DNA of 64,000 nt from Octopus vulgaris (taxonomy: Eukaryota): the NCBI GenBank assembly GCA_951406725.2, contig OX597814.1:91202001-91266000 (forward strand). Direction: 5' to 3'. Shown piece after piece: positions 1-13,534 of the stretch. A program made the position numbers and the translations under genes. Below the pieces are notes generated by a model. It had not been told where the DNA came from, did not search any database, and saw only the letters and a list, made by a program, of their open reading frames with translations. The first letter of the stretch is position 1. Each line of letters begins with the position of its first letter.

Positions 1-81
1 CTGTTGATTAGCACATTTTTATTGTTATACAGTTTGGGAAGGAAAATACAGCAGGTCCCTATAAATTTAAAATAGAGAGGT

Positions 82-117
<36 letters not shown>

Positions 118-579
118 CGATTTAAAAAAAATCTTTTTCTCTTAATCATTATTATGATATACTTTATAGCCCTATGTATCAGTGAAATTGAAGTTACATT
201 TCTGATGACAAAACAAATGGTAAACACATAGAGTATAAAATTTTATGGCACTAACAGTGAAGGTTATCGCCAGCGAAGTGCGTATGATCCTTAATTATAC
301 ATATGCTTTAATATATTATTCTTTCACCTACATTATATGTCATATTACTGTTTTGTCCACATTCTTAATTCCGACTGAACCAAATATACGTGTTAAGCAT
401 CTCGGGTAATTTGATGATATAATCTAATAATATCATAATGTGAAACTCAAGTATATGTATTTAACGTTTGTCATATAATTCAAACTGCGCTCATCTGTCT
501 TATATTCCGATACTTGGCTCTAAAACAACACGAAGGCAAAACAGTTGAGAAATGTGACAGTACATGTCTGTGACTTTCG

Positions 580-735
580 GCAAATAGATATAGAGAGAGA
601 TGAAATGAGAGATATAGGTAGGGAGATAGGGATGGATAGAGAGATATAGACAGAGAGATACAGAGAGATAGTAAGATACGGACAGAGAGATATAGATGGA
701 GAGATACAGATGGATAGAGAGATATAAATGGAGAG
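580..735. repeat. GA/GATA-rich low-complexity tract
   Basis: Degenerate gagata/gatag units. Confidence 0.8.
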
Positions 736-1071
736 ATATTGACGTCACTGACGCTAGAAAATCGGAAGTAAATATTTTTAAAAACATTCAAAGATGTGAA
801 TGTAATATAAAAACCAATGTCTTTTATTTTTAATTTAAAAAAAAATCAAAGTTAGAGCCTAACATGTCTCCGAGTTCAAATTATTCACGCATCCCAGTTG
901 TGGAAGTAATTGGTGAAGCTGTTTTCGTACGAAAAGTGAATACACACACATCTCTATTTTATATATTCGATGAGATTGTGATAATACAGTTCTATATTTA
1001 AGAGATGATGAATTATGTACATTATTTACATTGTTATTTGACAGATATTTGTCCTCATTTAGTTTGTTGTT

Positions 1072-1117
1072 AACACAACGTTTCGGCTGATATACCCTCC
1101 AGCCTTCATCAGGTGTT
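1072..1117 (-). ncRNA. Minimal type I hammerhead motif of the Penelope-LTR type
   Basis: Minus strand reads AACAC-CTGATGA-A-GGCTG-GAGGGTATAT-CAGCC-GAAAC-GTT-GTGTT. This gives a 5-bp stem I, an intact core, a 5-bp stem II and a loopless palindromic stem III (AACGTT) that would need a dimeric fold. Confidence 0.75.
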
Positions 1118-1170
1118 TTGGGGAAATTTTGAACCTGGGTTCTCGTTCCTAAGGTATTTTTATGTAGTTG

Positions 1171-1219
<49 letters not shown>

Positions 1220-1224
<5 letters not shown>

Positions 1225-1298
1225 TCACTGCCTGGGATCGAACTCAGAATCTTAGGGTTACCAGCCCGCGCACTTAACCACTACGCCATATGCCCGTG
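1220..1298 (-). mobile_element. tRNA-derived SINE head / tRNA pseudogene
   Basis: Minus strand GGGCATATGGCGTAGTGGTTAAG...GAGTTCGATCCCAGG has Pol III A and B boxes and is followed by (TAA)n. Confidence 0.7.
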
Positions 1299-2569
1299 AG
1301 AAATTATGGAGTGAATTTTAGGGGGCTTATAAATCTAATGAGAACCCAAGTTCAAAATGTCCCCAAGGCAGGTGATAAAGGCTGGAGGATATAGAAGCCG
1401 AAACGTTGTGTTAACAAACAAGATGAGGACAAATATCCGTAACATATAAATATTGAGACTGTGATAATGTTTTGACGAATTGATGTAAGGAGGAAATCAA
1501 TTTCTGAAATTTACTTCGCAAAGTGTTACTTCCCTTCTCCACGTAACCTACGAACAGTGGTTTTCTTCCCCCAGGGGGCTCGTTACTCATTGTGTGAAAA
1601 GTTTTAATCGTCTTAAACCATCCCTAGGACGTAGGTAATGTGTTTTCACAGTTTGGAGAAAATCAGTTGAAAAATACGGCTGTTATAATCTTTTACACAC
1701 ATACACACACAGAAAGAACGGGATTTACATTATAGATTATGTATGTATAAGTATCTATGTTTCTCTGTATGTTTGTATGAATACATACGTATGTATAATG
1801 TGGGGTATGCCTTCGTAAAGGCATATGCCAAGGCTTTTTAAATTTAATTTGTTTTATTATATGTTTCATCTATAGTGTAATTTTCAGTATCATTATATCG
1901 AAGCATAACAGCTCTTTCGAAAATCAGCCTTAATTCCCTCTAAGTGTCATGCAGTGCAATCAGTTCAATCCAGACCGTTCTAGTGATTATTGTATTGTCG
2001 GTGCTCATCGAATAACTCTATAGTTTTCCAGAGGCATTCGATATTATAAACATTTGTATGCAACGATAAAAGATGTCAGATGATGCTACGGAAAACATTA
2101 TTCAGATAGCTATGAGAATTTCTTTGTTGATGATTCTTGCATTCATAATTCATTTATTCTTTTCTTATCCACTCCATTCCATAAAACTTGACTGTTATCG
2201 GTAGGAACTCATTGACATCTAATTTCAACGATATTCAGCATAGTGATAATTGTTCAAACAAACAATGCCCACTATTGTTACAAAATATTCAATAGAAAAT
2301 TAATATTCGAAGATGTGGAAATTAATCCAATGCAACCACTTTGTATCTATAGATAGAATTTTAACTTATTTTCATATTCATATTCATTTTTATAAATTCC
2401 ATCTTAATGTACAAATACTTCATATGAACTCTGGTAGAATATAGTTTTCTAACGACGTCATTGGCTATAGTTCATGAGATCTTTTTCTAAAACATAACAT
2501 TATAACATTACAAAGAACTTTCAAATACAAGGAGTATATATATAGAGAGACTTAGTAATTTTAATATTT

Positions 2570-3225
2570 ATATTATATATATATATATATATATATATTT
2601 ATTGTATGTATGTTTATGTGTATGTTTCTATAGAAATATATATATATGTATGTATATGTATATATGTATGTATGTATGTATGTATATATATATGTGTGTG
2701 TGTATGCATATATATGCATATATATATGTATATGCACTTATACATACACACATATACACGCATACACACGCGCATATATACACATACACACATACAAATG
2801 CACACGCACACACACGACTCTGTGCACACACATCCACACACCTACATACACACGCACACGCACATATACACACACGCAAACATACACGCACACACACAGA
2901 TGCATGCACACTACACACACACACATCATATGCATACACGCACAGAGGTAAATACACATGTACACACATAGTTCAAACTGCTCGTGAAACACCTTTCTAC
3001 TGATCATTCCCCTATGAACATGTGAGAAACACACTACACAAAGGGCAGCCATTTCTACAACTAAATCCTTCATACAACAGCAAGCGACACAATGTTCACT
3101 CACATACATATATAAACAGCGAAAACCATACACACACGCAACACATACACACACATACGCACACACGTGGCATTACACACACACAAACCTGCGCGCACGC
3201 ATATACCTACACATGCACGCACATA
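2570..3225. repeat. Compound (TA)n/(TATG)n/(CA)-rich cryptic microsatellite
   Basis: Directly visible; the source of the H/T and C/V ORFs in the track. Confidence 0.9.
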
Positions 3226-3355
3226 CCTCCTTCTCTTCACTCTCCTGTCTTAGAAGTAACTTTTTCTTCACCCATTCTCTTCCGGTTATTTCAAAATATA
3301 ACCACATGTGAGCCATTTTCTTCTTCCACTCTTCCCTTCTTTTGGACTATCCTCT

Positions 3356-3391
3356 GTTTCCGAAAAAGACCGTCTGCTCGAAACGTTAAAC
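3356..3391 (+). ncRNA. Degenerate minimal hammerhead-like motif
   Basis: GTTT-CCGAAAA-A-GACC-GTCT-GCTC-GAAAC-GTT-AAAC. Same layout as the 10248 motif with a different but paired stem I. The core is mutated. The downstream ttcctgagcgt...ctaataca is shared with the 10.3-kb element. Confidence 0.45.
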
Positions 3392-3479
3392 CATCTTTAC
3401 TTTCCTGAGCGTCTGCTAATACATTACATGTACCACGTCCTCGCGTTGTTGTTTTCTGTTGGGTCTTTTTTGGATTTGG

Positions 3480-3565
<86 letters not shown>

Positions 3566-3635
3566 GGTGTGTGTATGTATGTGTGTGTCTATGTATATAT
3601 ATATATATGCTGATGCCAAAAATTAAAGGTCTGAC

Positions 3636-3826
3636 TCTCTGACTTCACACATTAGCAAAGTCATGGAACGAATAGTCAGAGGGAAACTAATCGCATTCCT
3701 TGAAGAAAACGTCTTGCTGACTCATACCCAGCATGATTCTTGACCAGGTAGGAGCTGCCTGACCCAGCTCCTACAGGACAATGACTGGGTGTTGAGCCAG
3801 TTCCTCAACAACTCAAATGTTGACGA
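3636..3826 (+). mobile_element. CR1-like LINE reverse transcriptase fragment (pseudogenised)
   Basis: Translates as SLTSHISKVMERIVRGKLIAFLEENVLLTHTQHDS*PGRSCLTQLL, matching the QHGF-x-x-GRSCLTQLL motif of CR1/L2/jockey-group RTs. Confidence 0.85.
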
Positions 3827-4227
3827 ATGTTTAGGTGAGTATTTAACAAATAATTTATGTCTCTGACACCACGAAGTACAAGTATATCTCAATAAAGTAA
3901 ACAATTTCCTTTTCAGAATTTTCAATGGTTCACAGTATAATTCCGGAATCTTCAACGCACATAATCATTTTTTGAAAAAAAAATGAATTAAGAAAGCACT
4001 ACATGCCACAACCTGAAGTCTTCTAAATAACAAAACCTGAACAATAACTCATTTATAATCTTACTTGTCACATTTTATATTGAGATATTTAACGAGAAAA
4101 TACATTTATAGCCTCATCTTGACAATAATTATAATAGTAATTTTCCTGCAGCAGCAGGAACAGCAGTAGAAGCAATACTATTATTAGTATTACTAGTAGT
4201 TAGGGGCTTTCGAAATCAACGAGAATG

Positions 4228-4398
4228 TTGGTTTCAAATTTTGGCACAGGCCAACAATTTCGGGGAAGGGACTACCTCGATTAGATTGAACCCAGTGTTC
4301 AGCTGCTAATTAATTTATCGACCCCGAACGTAAAAGTGGATGAAATACTGCTGAGCTTTTTTCCCAGCGAGACAATGGTTCTGCCTGCTCAACGTCTA
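4228..4398 (-). mobile_element. SINE (Nin/Deu-domain type), degenerate
   Basis: Reverse complement of the 48688-48900 family: tttatcgaccccgaa core and ggtttcaaattttggcaca tail. Confidence 0.7.
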
Positions 4399-4699
4399 AA
4401 ATAAATCAAACTATTAATAGGTTGTTTTAATGCAAAGTCGATGAGATACAGGGTGCTAGAAATAAAATGCGGAAATAATCATTAGGAAATGTGAAAAATC
4501 GTAGCATTTATTCCTGAGACAGAATTTCACCGTCCCCATTACCTTTCGCCATTTTATGAGTTTATGGCAAGCTGACATCCGAAATACAGGCCCAATAATG
4601 AAATTATGAAAAGCTAATGCGAAAATATATCACCTATTATATACACATAAACATAAACAGTATACAAAAGTAGGAAAGAGACCTCGATTCTCTAATTTC

Positions 4700-5240
4700 C
4701 CCAGAAAGAGAATTTGGCAAGGATATTGCTTTGCAATTCAGCGTAAATAATTGTACATTGTGAATTATGAAGTGAGACTGCAATATCCGATTGTATAAAT
4801 TATACCAAGGTTATATAATCAGATTGCTCGTAAATAAGGAAATACAATATCTAGGGATTATTCAAGACAAAAGGATAATGATGAGAAATGAAGCCGACTT
4901 TTCAAAAAATACAAGATAAAAAATTGCTCAAAATAAAATTAAACGAAGGGAGTATTTTCAAAACAGTAAATATATGGTCCAATCCAGAAAAAGGTACTCT
5001 CTCTCTTTTTCTAAAATGGTCTAAAACAGAGGTACCGGAATTGCATATAAGAACTAGGAGGCTAGTCACAACGCTCACCAAGCTATACTCTAATTATAGC
5101 ATCGACTTGCTCTACCTACAAAGAAAAGAATGCAAAGTATGTTAAACGTAGAAGACACCATTAGATACCATTGGATTTGGGAGATCTCAGCACGCAGTCT
5201 TGTCTGGAGAGCACAGTATAAAATCCACGGAAACGTGCTC
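4700..5240 (+). mobile_element. R4/Dong-clade non-LTR retrotransposon fragment (C-terminal RT region), highly decayed
   Basis: GKDIALQFSVNNC (cf. DIGMEFGxxKC), QYLGIIQ, and KLLKIKLNEGSIFKTVNIW...LKWSKTEVPELHIRTRR...IDLLYLQRKE. Confidence 0.7.
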
Positions 5241-5336
5241 AGATTTCCAAAGATGTGACAAGTACTGACTGGATCTTCCGAGTGCACTAATATGGGCATT
5301 TGAGTACTTATATTTCAAAGAATAATAATAACAAAG

Positions 5337-5423
<87 letters not shown>

Positions 5424-5424
5424 C

Positions 5425-5490
<66 letters not shown>
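5337..5490. repeat. (TCTA)n microsatellite
   Basis: Near-perfect tetranucleotide array. Confidence 0.97.
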
Positions 5491-5491
<1 letters not shown>

Positions 5492-5841
5492 CATACAAAC
5501 ATATATATAAAGTGAAATGAAGTCAATTCGTCTCGAATATATTTCTCTACTTAAACATCTATAGAATATATAGTTTTTATATAATAAGATACTGAATAAT
5601 CTGTCTAATTTATTTCCCTATACAGCAATATTTTTAAGGCTGCTAAACAATATTATATTATCGAAATATTTGAGTGTCGCTTGTTTGTTATCTCATTCAT
5701 GTAAACTTACAATAAGTTAAGAATTTCATTTACTATATTTAAAAACAAATAGTTCCATTCTGATTCTTTACCAGTTTTCACTGTCTTTACAACCATATTG
5801 ACAAGAGGCTACATCAATATACTTTTTCGAAATGTAAGCAA

Positions 5842-5909
<68 letters not shown>

Positions 5910-6334
5910 TTTTATTTCCTTTCTTTTAAAGAATACCCCTAGAATCAAGAGAGCTAGCTCCAAGCATTTGTACAAAAATATTATTTGATAATTATGTCCT
6001 TCTGTACATAAATTATTTAGTTTTGTTTTCGTGCAATAAGCAAATCAATGCAAAATTTGAATCATTTAGTGTTGAAAAATGTGTTTCCGGTGTTTATGGA
6101 AATGGTGGCATGATGAATACTATATCGTACATAGTTATAAACATTTTATTTAAATATGTTTTCCTGTAGGAAAGTTTAGAATTTAACATAGTCATATAAG
6201 CAACATATACGCCTTCCAACTATCTAAACTTGATTACCTTACTGCATATGTATGTGTAAAGAGTAGCAACATCTATAGAAAAAAAGTAACTGATGGCCCA
6301 ACATGAATGTCTCCCTTCTCGAAGGTACGGATAT

Positions 6335-6620
6335 TTTGTTCTAAGGGACAAAGTGCCGGATTAAGTCGCTAGTGTTTGGCATCAGTGTCACTGCAAGCGT
6401 TGCTTTCAGGATACAGTGAACAAGACCACATATCTCAGATCGAAAAGTATCTTATACGACTTTCTACCATTTTCGCTAGTTTATTGGCGAGGATTAGTTC
6501 TATTTTATAAACTCCGAGAGGTGGAGAGCAAATTTGACTTGAGCAGGATGTGAGTGCAGAGCGACAATACAAGTACGTGAAGTCATTCCACCAAAGGCCC
6601 AAACAAGAAATCAGCGCCTT
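6335..6620 (-). mobile_element. Old degenerate SINE copy
   Basis: Weak similarity to the Nin-type SINE (ttctattttataaactccgagaggtggagagcaaatttgacttgagcagg). Confidence 0.4.
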
Positions 6621-9180
6621 TAGATATATTAAGGAATATCTTACCTGAAGATGAAAGCTGTCTCATATACACAATTATTTATACTTAATTCTTACGGATA
6701 TACGATGTAACATTCAAGCATTGCATATTTAACTTGCCTTGTATATGTCTTTCTGTTACTTTAATTTGAATTTGTCCTTTAATTTAAATATATTTTCTCT
6801 TTCATATTCAACATTTGACATTATCATTCTTCAAATTTGAAACAAATGATTTGCACTAAATACTGTTAATATGTCTTCTGAATAAGACTATAATGTTTTC
6901 CGCGCCTCTTCGTCGATAATATGCTTCCTCGTGAAAGATAATTCTAAAACTTTTTCCGTTCTGAAAGGTTTTACAGATTCTTAGAGTCTGCATAGTAGAA
7001 TCCGGTTGTTCTTAGATGGAATATATCATAACAGGATTCGTAGTGAATAGATTTCAATTTCGACGCAAATCTCTCAACTTGCTTGATTAAGCTATTACAT
7101 GATTCCTGAACATAAAAATCCATTACGTTTTCTTTCAGTTTGTTTACCTATCCTGACCTTAGTACGATTTTGCTAACTTTGGTGTGTAGATATCCTGAAA
7201 GAATAACGTATTGGACATTAAGGTTGCACATGCATGCTTCTAATTTCCGTTGTGAATACAGTAGGAGATGTTAATTTCTATTTATGTGAAAGGGAATTGT
7301 ATGTATTCCTTCCAAATTCTTTGCATAAATCCCGCAAGAATTTACACTACACAAAAACCTATAATTCTGACTCTTTGGAGCAAAACCAAAAGTTATTTAC
7401 TTCGGCCATAATTTCATTAGATTGAACTTTGCATTGAACAGTCATGGCTTTGAACAATCATGCGTTTCTATTTATTTTATTCTATTTTATTTTTCTGAGT
7501 CACAAACTCATGCTTTAATCGGAAATCATATTTCTGTTAATGAGGGTTTATTTATACATAGAGTTTCAATGAGAATTTGAAACATCAAATATAACTTATT
7601 GAATTTTACATATCAAATCTAATAGAAAATTGGAAATATATCATTCTGCAAATGATAGAAAAGTGTGTCTAGAAATTAAAGAAAGTGAAATAGAATTATT
7701 TAATTTTCTGTCTATATAGAGTATTCCCCAAAGCATAATATACATCTACACATGCTTGTGCACACACACACACGCATGTATATTTATATATATATATGTG
7801 TGTGTGCGCGCGTGTATGTGGATATAGATAGGTAGATATGTTTGATGTTTATGTATGTTTAGTCATATCGTGTTCTGTACAGTGGTTCAAAACATTCACT
7901 TTAAGTTCATAGGTATTCATGTTCATGATCAATGCATATGCTTCTAATATAAAAATCCACTTTACATTAGATAGTTAAGGAACTATAAATACACGTGAGG
8001 CGGTTCACTTGAAACTTGATTTGAGCGATGTGCCGGATTATGATAAGATATCAGTAATTACTTTTTGAAGAAAAATATAAAACGATTATTTTCAAATTTA
8101 ATTTCAGTTCCTGTTACAATTCCGCACATAGCTGTTTTTCCATACATAGACACATACATACATACATACATACATACATACATACATACATACATACATA
8201 CATACACACACATACAAGAGTGTGTGCGTGCGCGCGTGTATAATTATGCATTTTAAAGAGGGTGTATGTATATATATTCTGATACGCACCTATCCCATAT
8301 TAGAAATTACCGCTTCAAATATAGATGGTTTCTTTATATCATACACAGAATTCCACTTTGAGTTTCATTTCGAAATAAACTTGTTTAATAATGTTTAGCA
8401 AGGAAATAAATATTAATTCGGATATTAAGAGATATATAAGTGTCAATATTCTGAAATAAAAAAGCTAACTATATTTTGGAATGTCATATTCGCAGGAAAT
8501 TAATTTTCATTTCATGTGACAAATATAATTTTTCCTATAGCTGAAACATTTTGACATTTTACCAATTAGCTTAAGGATCATTAATTAATAACTAATTTTC
8601 ACTAAAAATTATAAAATAATTATTTATATGTCTCAAAGAATATGTGATTTTCGTAATATGTAATTGAACAACTTCAGGCAGGTTTCAATCATACTGAGCA
8701 ACGATTATCCAAAATTGTGCTTGCTTATTCAATCGACCAAAGAATTCGCTTAAACAAAATTAATTGCGAAGTGTTTAGGTCAGTATTAATTTGAAAAATT
8801 CAGAAAACACTCTATGCAACATACCATGCACAAAATTATTAGACCGTCTGAAGCATTGCATAGCGTTATTTGTTACGGAGAACTTACTTCAAAGAGTACA
8901 TATCTTGTCGAGAGTAACTTTTCTTTTCATACGTCTGACGTTGATAAAATAAAATAGTGTACAAGCGAATTACTCACGTTTTTCTAGTCACAAATATTTA
9001 TTGAACAGAAATAGTGATAGTATAAACTGACTCGCTGCTGCTATACCTTTATATATTAAATACAAGTTATTTAGTTCCCAAAATAAGATGCTTTATTTCA
9101 AAAGTCAAGTAGTGTAAATTGAAGCAAGCAGATGATTGTTTAATCCATTAAATTTAATTAGTTGAATCTTAGACATGCAG

Positions 9181-9303
<123 letters not shown>

Positions 9304-9304
9304 A

Positions 9305-9703
<399 letters not shown>

Positions 9704-10185
9704 GTATATATATATATATGTATGTATATATGTATGTATATATATATATGTATATATATATACATACGTACAAATATATATAGCGTGAGGGGAAAGAGTG
9801 AATGTGTATGCAATTTATAGGAGGTCCTACTATTAATTATAGGCTATCTAAATACATTACCAGCAATATATCTATCTATACGCGTGTGTGTGTGCATGCT
9901 GTACCTGTGTGTGGGTGGTGCGTGTGAGCGCTTATGCGCCTGCATGTATGTATATACAAGGTCTTGATGAAATGTTCCTGACTTTGGGTAAAAGGAAATC
10001 AAGGAGGAGCAGTAAATTGTGATTTTATTCAATATACTCCCCTTTCCCCTTTTAGCTTCACACACTTATTGTAGCGATCATTCAGTTTTTCTAAGCCTTG
10101 TTTTTTCTAAAGCCTTTCGAGATACCGTTAAAGCCAGGATCTCTTCAACACACCTTCGTGTATCTATACATATATATATATATAT

Positions 10186-10452
10186 CACCATGATAGATCG
10201 TTAGCCGCTACACATATGTTTTTTCTCTCCTTGTTTTTTCTGTGACCCTTTCTGTAGAAGAGCGTAGGCTCGAAACGTAAAAGACTTTTTCTATTCCTGA
10301 GCGTTATACTAATACATCTGTTTGCTTTGTACACCACCCGATGATGGGTGGTGTACAAAGCAAACAGATGTATTAGTATAACGCTCAGGAATAGAAAAAG
10401 TCTTTTACGTTTCGAGCCTACGCTCTTCTACAGAAAGGGTCACAGAAAAAAC

Positions 10453-10453
<1 letters not shown>
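10186..10453. mobile_element. Penelope-pLTR-like element with a perfect 108-bp inverted repeat
   Basis: 10232-10339 is the exact reverse complement of 10346-10453, with a 6-nt spacer (gatgat). Both arms carry the hammerhead-like motif. (TA)n flanks both sides. Confidence 0.75.
10248..10283 (+). ncRNA. Minimal hammerhead-like motif with variant core CUGUAGA
   Basis: CTTT-CTGTAGA-A-GAGC-GTAG-GCTC-GAAAC-GTA-AAAG. Stems I and II pair perfectly, but core position A6 is U. An identical copy is on the minus strand at 10402-10437. Confidence 0.6.
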
Positions 10454-10494
<41 letters not shown>

Positions 10495-10525
10495 TCATGT
10501 AGCGAAAGAAAGAGAGAGAGAGAGC

Positions 10526-10562
<37 letters not shown>

Positions 10563-10781
10563 TTAGTTATAGGATCGAACACGATCTAGGAACTTCGACA
10601 CATAGGTCGTCAGAAATGTCTTCATACAATAACATAAGGTTCACAGTGATGTAAACCATGAATATATATATATCAGGTGTTCGTTGGATACTCTAGGTAT
10701 GGAAGTGCCAAATCCAGTTCATACACTAGGTCCAAATCGGCTGATTCTTGATGTGGCGTGCGTGCACACACACACACACAT

Positions 10782-10823
<42 letters not shown>

Positions 10824-10954
10824 ACACTGCATGCATATACACTCACACACATACACACTTTATATATACATAAACATGATATAAAGAAATATATATAGGA
10901 AATAAATGTACGAAAGTACATCTCATGACTACAACACCTCTATGCTATTTGTAG

Positions 10955-10990
10955 GTTCGTACACCTTGTATTAACTATGAAAAAATTAAG
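10955..10990 (+). other. Candidate 36-nt symmetric microexon (VRTPCINYEKIK)
   Basis: Acceptor ctctatgctatttgtag|G, consensus donor AAG|GTAAGT, length divisible by 3, and open in phase 0. No protein match recognised. Confidence 0.3.
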
Positions 10991-12121
10991 GTAAGTGTTT
11001 TGAAATAATATAGTCGTTCGATCTCTTTGCTTTTCACACGGCTTTTAAAACCACTTCTAATTTCTCTATAAATTCGAATGTTAATTTCAAGGTAACACTT
11101 ATCCACCAATCTTAACTGGATCCGTTATGATAAAGGTGTTATCCCATCTTTTCGATATCTGTTTAAAGTTTTACCTGTATATGGTGGATTATATAATATG
11201 ATATAATATATGTACACATTGTAATAAAACAGTTGTAAATTTTAAACTCCATTTGTTTTCTATTAATATATATGTGTGCATTCTAGAATGGGTAACACTC
11301 TTGCCACTGTACATGGAGGTTGTGTATGCATGAATAGCTTTGTCTAAAGTCAATGTTCTTGTTGAATGCGCCCTTACTGTTCCTTGAAATTGAGAGTAGA
11401 GACCTAACCTTTAGGGGAGGGCGTGTTAGAATTAAGGAGAATGTACATGCACTGAAGAAAACTCTTGAAGTATATCACAGATTATAAAGTATGAGAGAGA
11501 GCTTCCTTACTACACGTTGCAATCGTGATGTTTGAAAGGAACATCATGGTATAAGAAAAGTGAGATGAATATATATATATATCTTGCATGTGTAATTATA
11601 TTGATTTCAACGTATTAGTGACGACAAGAACAAAGAAATTATTTTGTTTAATGCTTCTTTCCATTGCTTGATATAGGAAATTGGAAAATCCTGACCACAA
11701 CAGAGAAATTCTAACTTAACAAAATGTATAGAAAGAAAAAGAAATGGTTCTGTTTTCCAAAACCAAAACATATGTTTTTAGTTGCGGTGTAATTTCATAA
11801 TTAAAACAAATTTAAAATTTAAATTTGAGAAAATAGAACTTACCACGTTATCTGGTGTATAACCGCAGTTCCAATGGGTACACACACTAAAACAAATATG
11901 TGTGTGTGTGTAAGTGTGTGGTTAGGTATTTAACAGCCAGGGATCAATTTAAGTTCAATTGCAGAAAACTATTCAAAACAGCAATACGCACAATCATATA
12001 CATACAAACATACCCATACATACGCACATATATAAATACATACCTATCAGCCACTCCCAAAAGCCAGTTTGATCTAAAATTCGAACCACCATTCTTTATA
12101 TATTTACACACCAACTCACAG

Positions 12122-12163
<42 letters not shown>

Positions 12164-13534
12164 ATTCAGCTTTTCGCTTTTGTTCATTATTTCTCTTAAT
12201 CATCAGATTTTGTTTTTGTTTTGTGGCTTTCACTTTAGTGACACCAGTTACACATGGTACCACGAATGTGCTTAGTGTCATCAAAGTGGAAAAAATGCTT
12301 TTTAAGTTTTTGAAAATTTGAAACGAAAAGACGTGTTTTTTTTAAACTGACTATCGCTGAGACGTAAAAATTTGGATACTACTCGTTAATTTGAAATTAA
12401 ACTTACCAAACAAGAGGCTCTTCTAGCGCCTCCTAGCGCCTCAAGTCTCTTAACGGTTCCTAGTGCTCCTTCCCTGCAAAATGCCCCACTCGTGCACCGA
12501 ATGCCCCCCCCCCCAGGGGGGGGTATATGGTTCCCGTTGTGAACCTTTGTTCTAAATCATTTGGAAACAATATAAATGGTACAACATTTTAAGTTATTAA
12601 ATCATCTCTTGCTGATAAGCGTACGCGCAACTGAACGTATGAATAAAATGTTAATTGCATAGCTAGGTTAAAGTAGTCAATTATTACACATTTATGGTAT
12701 CACTATTTGTGAATATGCGCTAGAAATACAAAAAGTATACACTGTCTTTTTGTTCTTAGGAAAAGGTTTAACTTTGCGTAGATATATAACCACAATCCCT
12801 TGACCAATCCCTCTTGTTCTCTCTTGTGCCTTTATAATTACTATTGCGTTCTGTTATGCGCCCCAGTTTGATAACGTATACTGTGATTGAAATTAATCTG
12901 ACAGTTGAGAAAATATAATGAGCGACCACGTAAAACCCCTTTGTTGATTCATATTTACCGAGGTGCATTTATGTCGATATTTTCTAAAATGTGATTAATT
13001 CAATCAATATCCATTTCAGAATTATACCTGAAGCTTTAATTTGTGATACGTATACTGCATGTATTCGGTAAAGATATTTTGCATTTATTTATGAACACTA
13101 TGAAATTTCTTCTTTGATAAAGAAAGTACGTATATTCTTTGCATGACAACGCAAATTACCTCATACATACACCTGCAGGGATGAAGAAATCCTACAGCAG
13201 TATTTGCCACCTAGTAATTTCTGTGCACTAGCAAGATGCAAGATTAATGAATATTCTTCCTTGTGAATGCTATCATAAATTCTGTTATCTGTTTGAATCC
13301 ATTATGCTATCGTTCTTTTTCCGGCTTTTCTTACATCACCGGGTTTTTTTTGCGACGTGACAGGACATGCTTAAATACGATTTGGAGTCGTTTTGAAGTT
13401 GTACGTTATGACTTTTATTTAACACAATGACGGGATTTATTATTCATAATCCAAAGCTGCATTTGTAGGTAGGCGTACAAAACTATTCATCGCTAACAAT
13501 CGATAGAAATATAAAGGAACACCGCTTTCAATTT

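Larger units (their letters stand above)
986..1453. mobile_element. Composite element: inverted Penelope-pLTR-like arms around (TTA)n and a tRNA-like head
   Basis: About 1040-1145 is the diverged reverse complement of about 1340-1442. The unit is flanked by a 15-bp direct repeat with 1 mismatch: tgagattgtgataat 971-985 and tgagactgtgataat 1454-1468. Confidence 0.65.

Noticed and set aside
1220-1298. Functional tRNA gene
   Set aside because: The acceptor and T stems pair poorly and it sits within a repeat; treated as a SINE head.
1366-1412. Second hammerhead on the plus strand
   Set aside because: The core reads GTGATAA and stems I and II are disrupted; an inactive mirror copy.
2602-3166. 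Many overlapping ORFs rich in H/T, C/V or Y/I (also at 9.4-9.8, 40.0-40.4, 44.1-44.8, 50.5-50.9, 58.8-59.3 and 63.4-64.0 kb)
   Set aside because: They are translations of dinucleotide and tetranucleotide microsatellites, which lack stop codons.
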